In this document: positions 61,570 to 64,000 of the stretch, piece after piece | Position numbering within the stretch: the stretch's first letter is position 1 | How the letters are laid out: each line of letters opens with the position of its first letter | NCBI RefSeq assembly: GCF_039654945.1 | Contig: NW_027361788.1 | Span: 5,642,001 to 5,706,000, forward strand | Source: Dendrobates tinctorius | Lineage: Eukaryota | Direction: 5' to 3' | DNA length: 64,000 bases | Notes under the pieces: generated by a model | Database searches by the model: none | Told to the model about the DNA's origin: nothing | What the model saw: the letters and a program-made list of their open reading frames with translations, nothing else | Program-made: the position numbers and the translations under genes

Positions 61570-64000
61570 TGTTACCCCCAGTATCGTACAAAGCAACAAA
61601 GGACTGTAAGCTGGCACAACTTTATACTTGCAAGCAAGAAGGGCTGATACTCCGATTGCTGACCCACATCCCGGAGGGAAAAAATATATTCAAACTAATC
61701 TGCTTATACTATGAAAGAGTCCTCCTTACCAATTTATCCTTTTTTGCCTCTTGCTGACTATCGTCAGCGGTGTCTGGCTGTAGCAGCTGATCCCACTGAG
61801 GACAGAACATTAATGACAGGTGCGGGCAAGTACAGACAGGCACGAATGGTACTCTGGCGGGCACGGCTGGCTCTCTGGCAGGCAGGCGGGTACAGCTGAC
61901 ACTCTGGCAGGCAGATGGGCACGGCTGGCACTCAGGCAGGCGGGCACAGCTGGTACTCAGGCAGGCGGGCACGGCTGGCACTCTGGCAGGCAGGCGGGCA
62001 TGGCTCAGACTGGAGGAATCAGAACCGTAATGGGTAGGGCAGGAACACAGGCAGGTACGAATAGGATAAGAGAACAGGTAGGAACCAGTTCAGACTGGAG
62101 GGACAGGAACCGTTAGGAACCAGTTCAGACTGGAGGAACAGGAACTGTTAGGAACCAGTTCAGACTAGAAGGACAAGACCTGCAGGATGCGGAATGAGAG
62201 CAGAGCAGAAACGCAAGGTGTGGAACGGAAGCAGAGCAGAACCGCAAGGTGTGGAATGGGAGCAGAGCAGAACCGCGAGGTGCGGGACGGGAGCAGAGCA
62301 GAACCGCGAGGTGCGGGACGGGAGCAGAGCAGAACCGCGAGGTGCGGGACGGGAGCAGAGCAGAACCGCGAGGTGTGGGACGGGAGCAGAGCAGAACCGC
62401 GAGGTGCGGGACGGGAGCAGAGCAGAACCACGAGGTGCGGGACGGGAGCAGAGAAGAGCTGCAGGTTGTGGAGCGGTGCGGTGAGCAGAACAGAGCCATA
62501 AGGTTGCGGAGCATAGAGCAGAAGGAGTAGATACAAGGCTACACACAGATAAGGATACGACAAGGACGGACATGGGAACAAGTTCAGGACAAAGATTCAA
62601 CCCTGGGTGTGCAGCCCTCAGAGAGGCAGAAAACAAGACACAACAAACACAGAAACGGTTTTGGTATGCAGCCCCCAGAGAGGTGAAAAACAGGACCTGT
62701 CAACTCAGTAGCAAATTACAGACTGACAGAGTTCGTTGCTCAGGCATCTCCCTATGGGTGGAGATGCCTTAAGTAGCCGATACCTCTTGGCAATAGGCTG
62801 GGAACATGTTAAGAGAGTGCACACTGTCTCTATAAGACTCAGGAATGCTGAGGCCGCCACCCTAAGCATACAGCCAGGAAGTATGCAGCAAGCAAAGACA
62901 TGAGGTTCACAGCAAGGAGCTGGCAGAGGACAGAACTCAAAGCATGGCCAGGAGTGTTGAGTAAGATGGGAGATGGGAAGCCATGCAGTGATGCCGGCAG
63001 GGATGTTACAGTAAACCCCCATTACACCCCCTCTTCTTCAAGCCCACTAGGATGATCTGCAGAAGGAGTATAGGACCACACACAGTCTAGCCCATCACGA
63101 CATCCTTAGGGTAGAATGAGGCAGGCGTGATATCAGGAATCCCGGAATACCAAGTCTCTCTCTGCCCGACGAGGTCAGCTCCCATTATGGAAGATGCAAC
63201 AATCTGAAACTCTTACTTCTGGTCAGAGACAAGAAAACTTCCGTTTTCAACTTTTCATCAACCGGCCACATGGAAGCTGAAGGTACCCTTACAGGATCCA
63301 TCTTTTGCCTGTTATCCAGGGAAAAATTTTCTAGAGGCAGGAATGTTCCTGGGAACTGGTTACTAGTATAGTCGTTGGACATGTGTGGAGAGAACGCCAC
63401 CGCTTCCCCTTCTTTGGAGACGTCAGCACACCTTGACTTGACAACTAGCAGACCAGATGAAGAAGAAGACGACACTGCTGACTGACTTTGATGCATGGAA
63501 ACCAGACACCTCTCGCGACTTGGTTGTTCCAAACGTAGCACTTTGCTGGGTCTCCAGACCAGAATGGGTAGTAGAGGTCTTGGCTCTGAATGACCCATGG
63601 GCATACCAGACAGTATGTGGAAGACGAACTTCTTCATGTATAATGCTCAGACTTGGAGTTGGAGTTGTCCCTGCAAGACTAGACTGCTCTTAAGTAGGGC
63701 TTGGCAATCACCAGACAACACCCACACCGACTCCGTATGGCTGGCGAATTAAATACACCAAAGCTCCCAGAAGGCAAAGAAACAGTCATTGACTTTAGTG
63801 GAGAGGAAGTACTCTCGCCAAGGGCAGCCTCTCCTACTGGCCCAAGGTTCTGGAGTATAGGCTTCTTAGGGCAGAGACGGTCAGGATGTTCAACACCCCC
63901 AAGGTGATACCACATTCTCTTCTCATGACTGGATTCAGACTGCTGCTCTGCCAGCCCACTTTTATCAGCCTTCTTGGATTTTGCTCGGGTAGCTGCTTTT
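61570..64000 (-). mobile_element. 3' part of a decayed sushi-type LTR element; LTR 61570-63010; continues beyond the window
   Basis: TGTTAC...GTTACA LTR with 31-bp tandem repeats (62200-62455); minus-strand PPT at 63011-63040; knuckle/gag-end remnant HPDRLCPKKP..NLGPVGEAALG. Confidence 0.7.

Noticed and set aside
62125-62636. Repetitive ORFs on both strands
   Set aside because: Translation of the 31-bp LTR tandem repeat

Overview
Eukaryotic, transposon-saturated genomic DNA with no recognisable host gene. The repeat repertoire (T2/Kolobok-type TTAA MITEs, Harbinger MITEs, sushi-type chromoviruses, SCAN-bearing Gmr1-like LTR element, L2, CR1, IR/DR Tc1) suggests a frog genome; this is inference. 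Three large nests dominate. (1) A non-autonomous hAT-type element (12471-26173) whose minisatellite hosts a full-length chromovirus (14274-20215) and a Harbinger transposon (20337-24795). The Harbinger has an intact nuclease ORF and itself carries a Penelope-type fragment with a minimal hammerhead ribozyme. (2) A large decayed BED-finger hAT (about 29511-43370) that is fused to a truncated Tc1, carries duplicated pieces of itself, and hosts a 3.1-kb LTR element. (3) A decayed Gmr1-like LTR retrotransposon (47960-56783) whose integrase core is replaced by a ~416-bp tandem array. The strongest candidate for an undescribed system is the 3.1-kb LTR element at 38398-41512. It has a perfect TSD, a TATA-positioned self-priming signal, and one open 441-aa ORF fusing a Gag capsid to an intact integrase HHCC zinc finger, with no PR, RT, RNase H or IN catalytic core. 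Other candidates are the 416-bp array with an inverted copy lacking a GT..AG segment, the hammerhead ribozyme, and a short codon-conserved ORF shared by two diverged LTR-like repeats. All coordinates were read by eye; no alignments or database searches were run.
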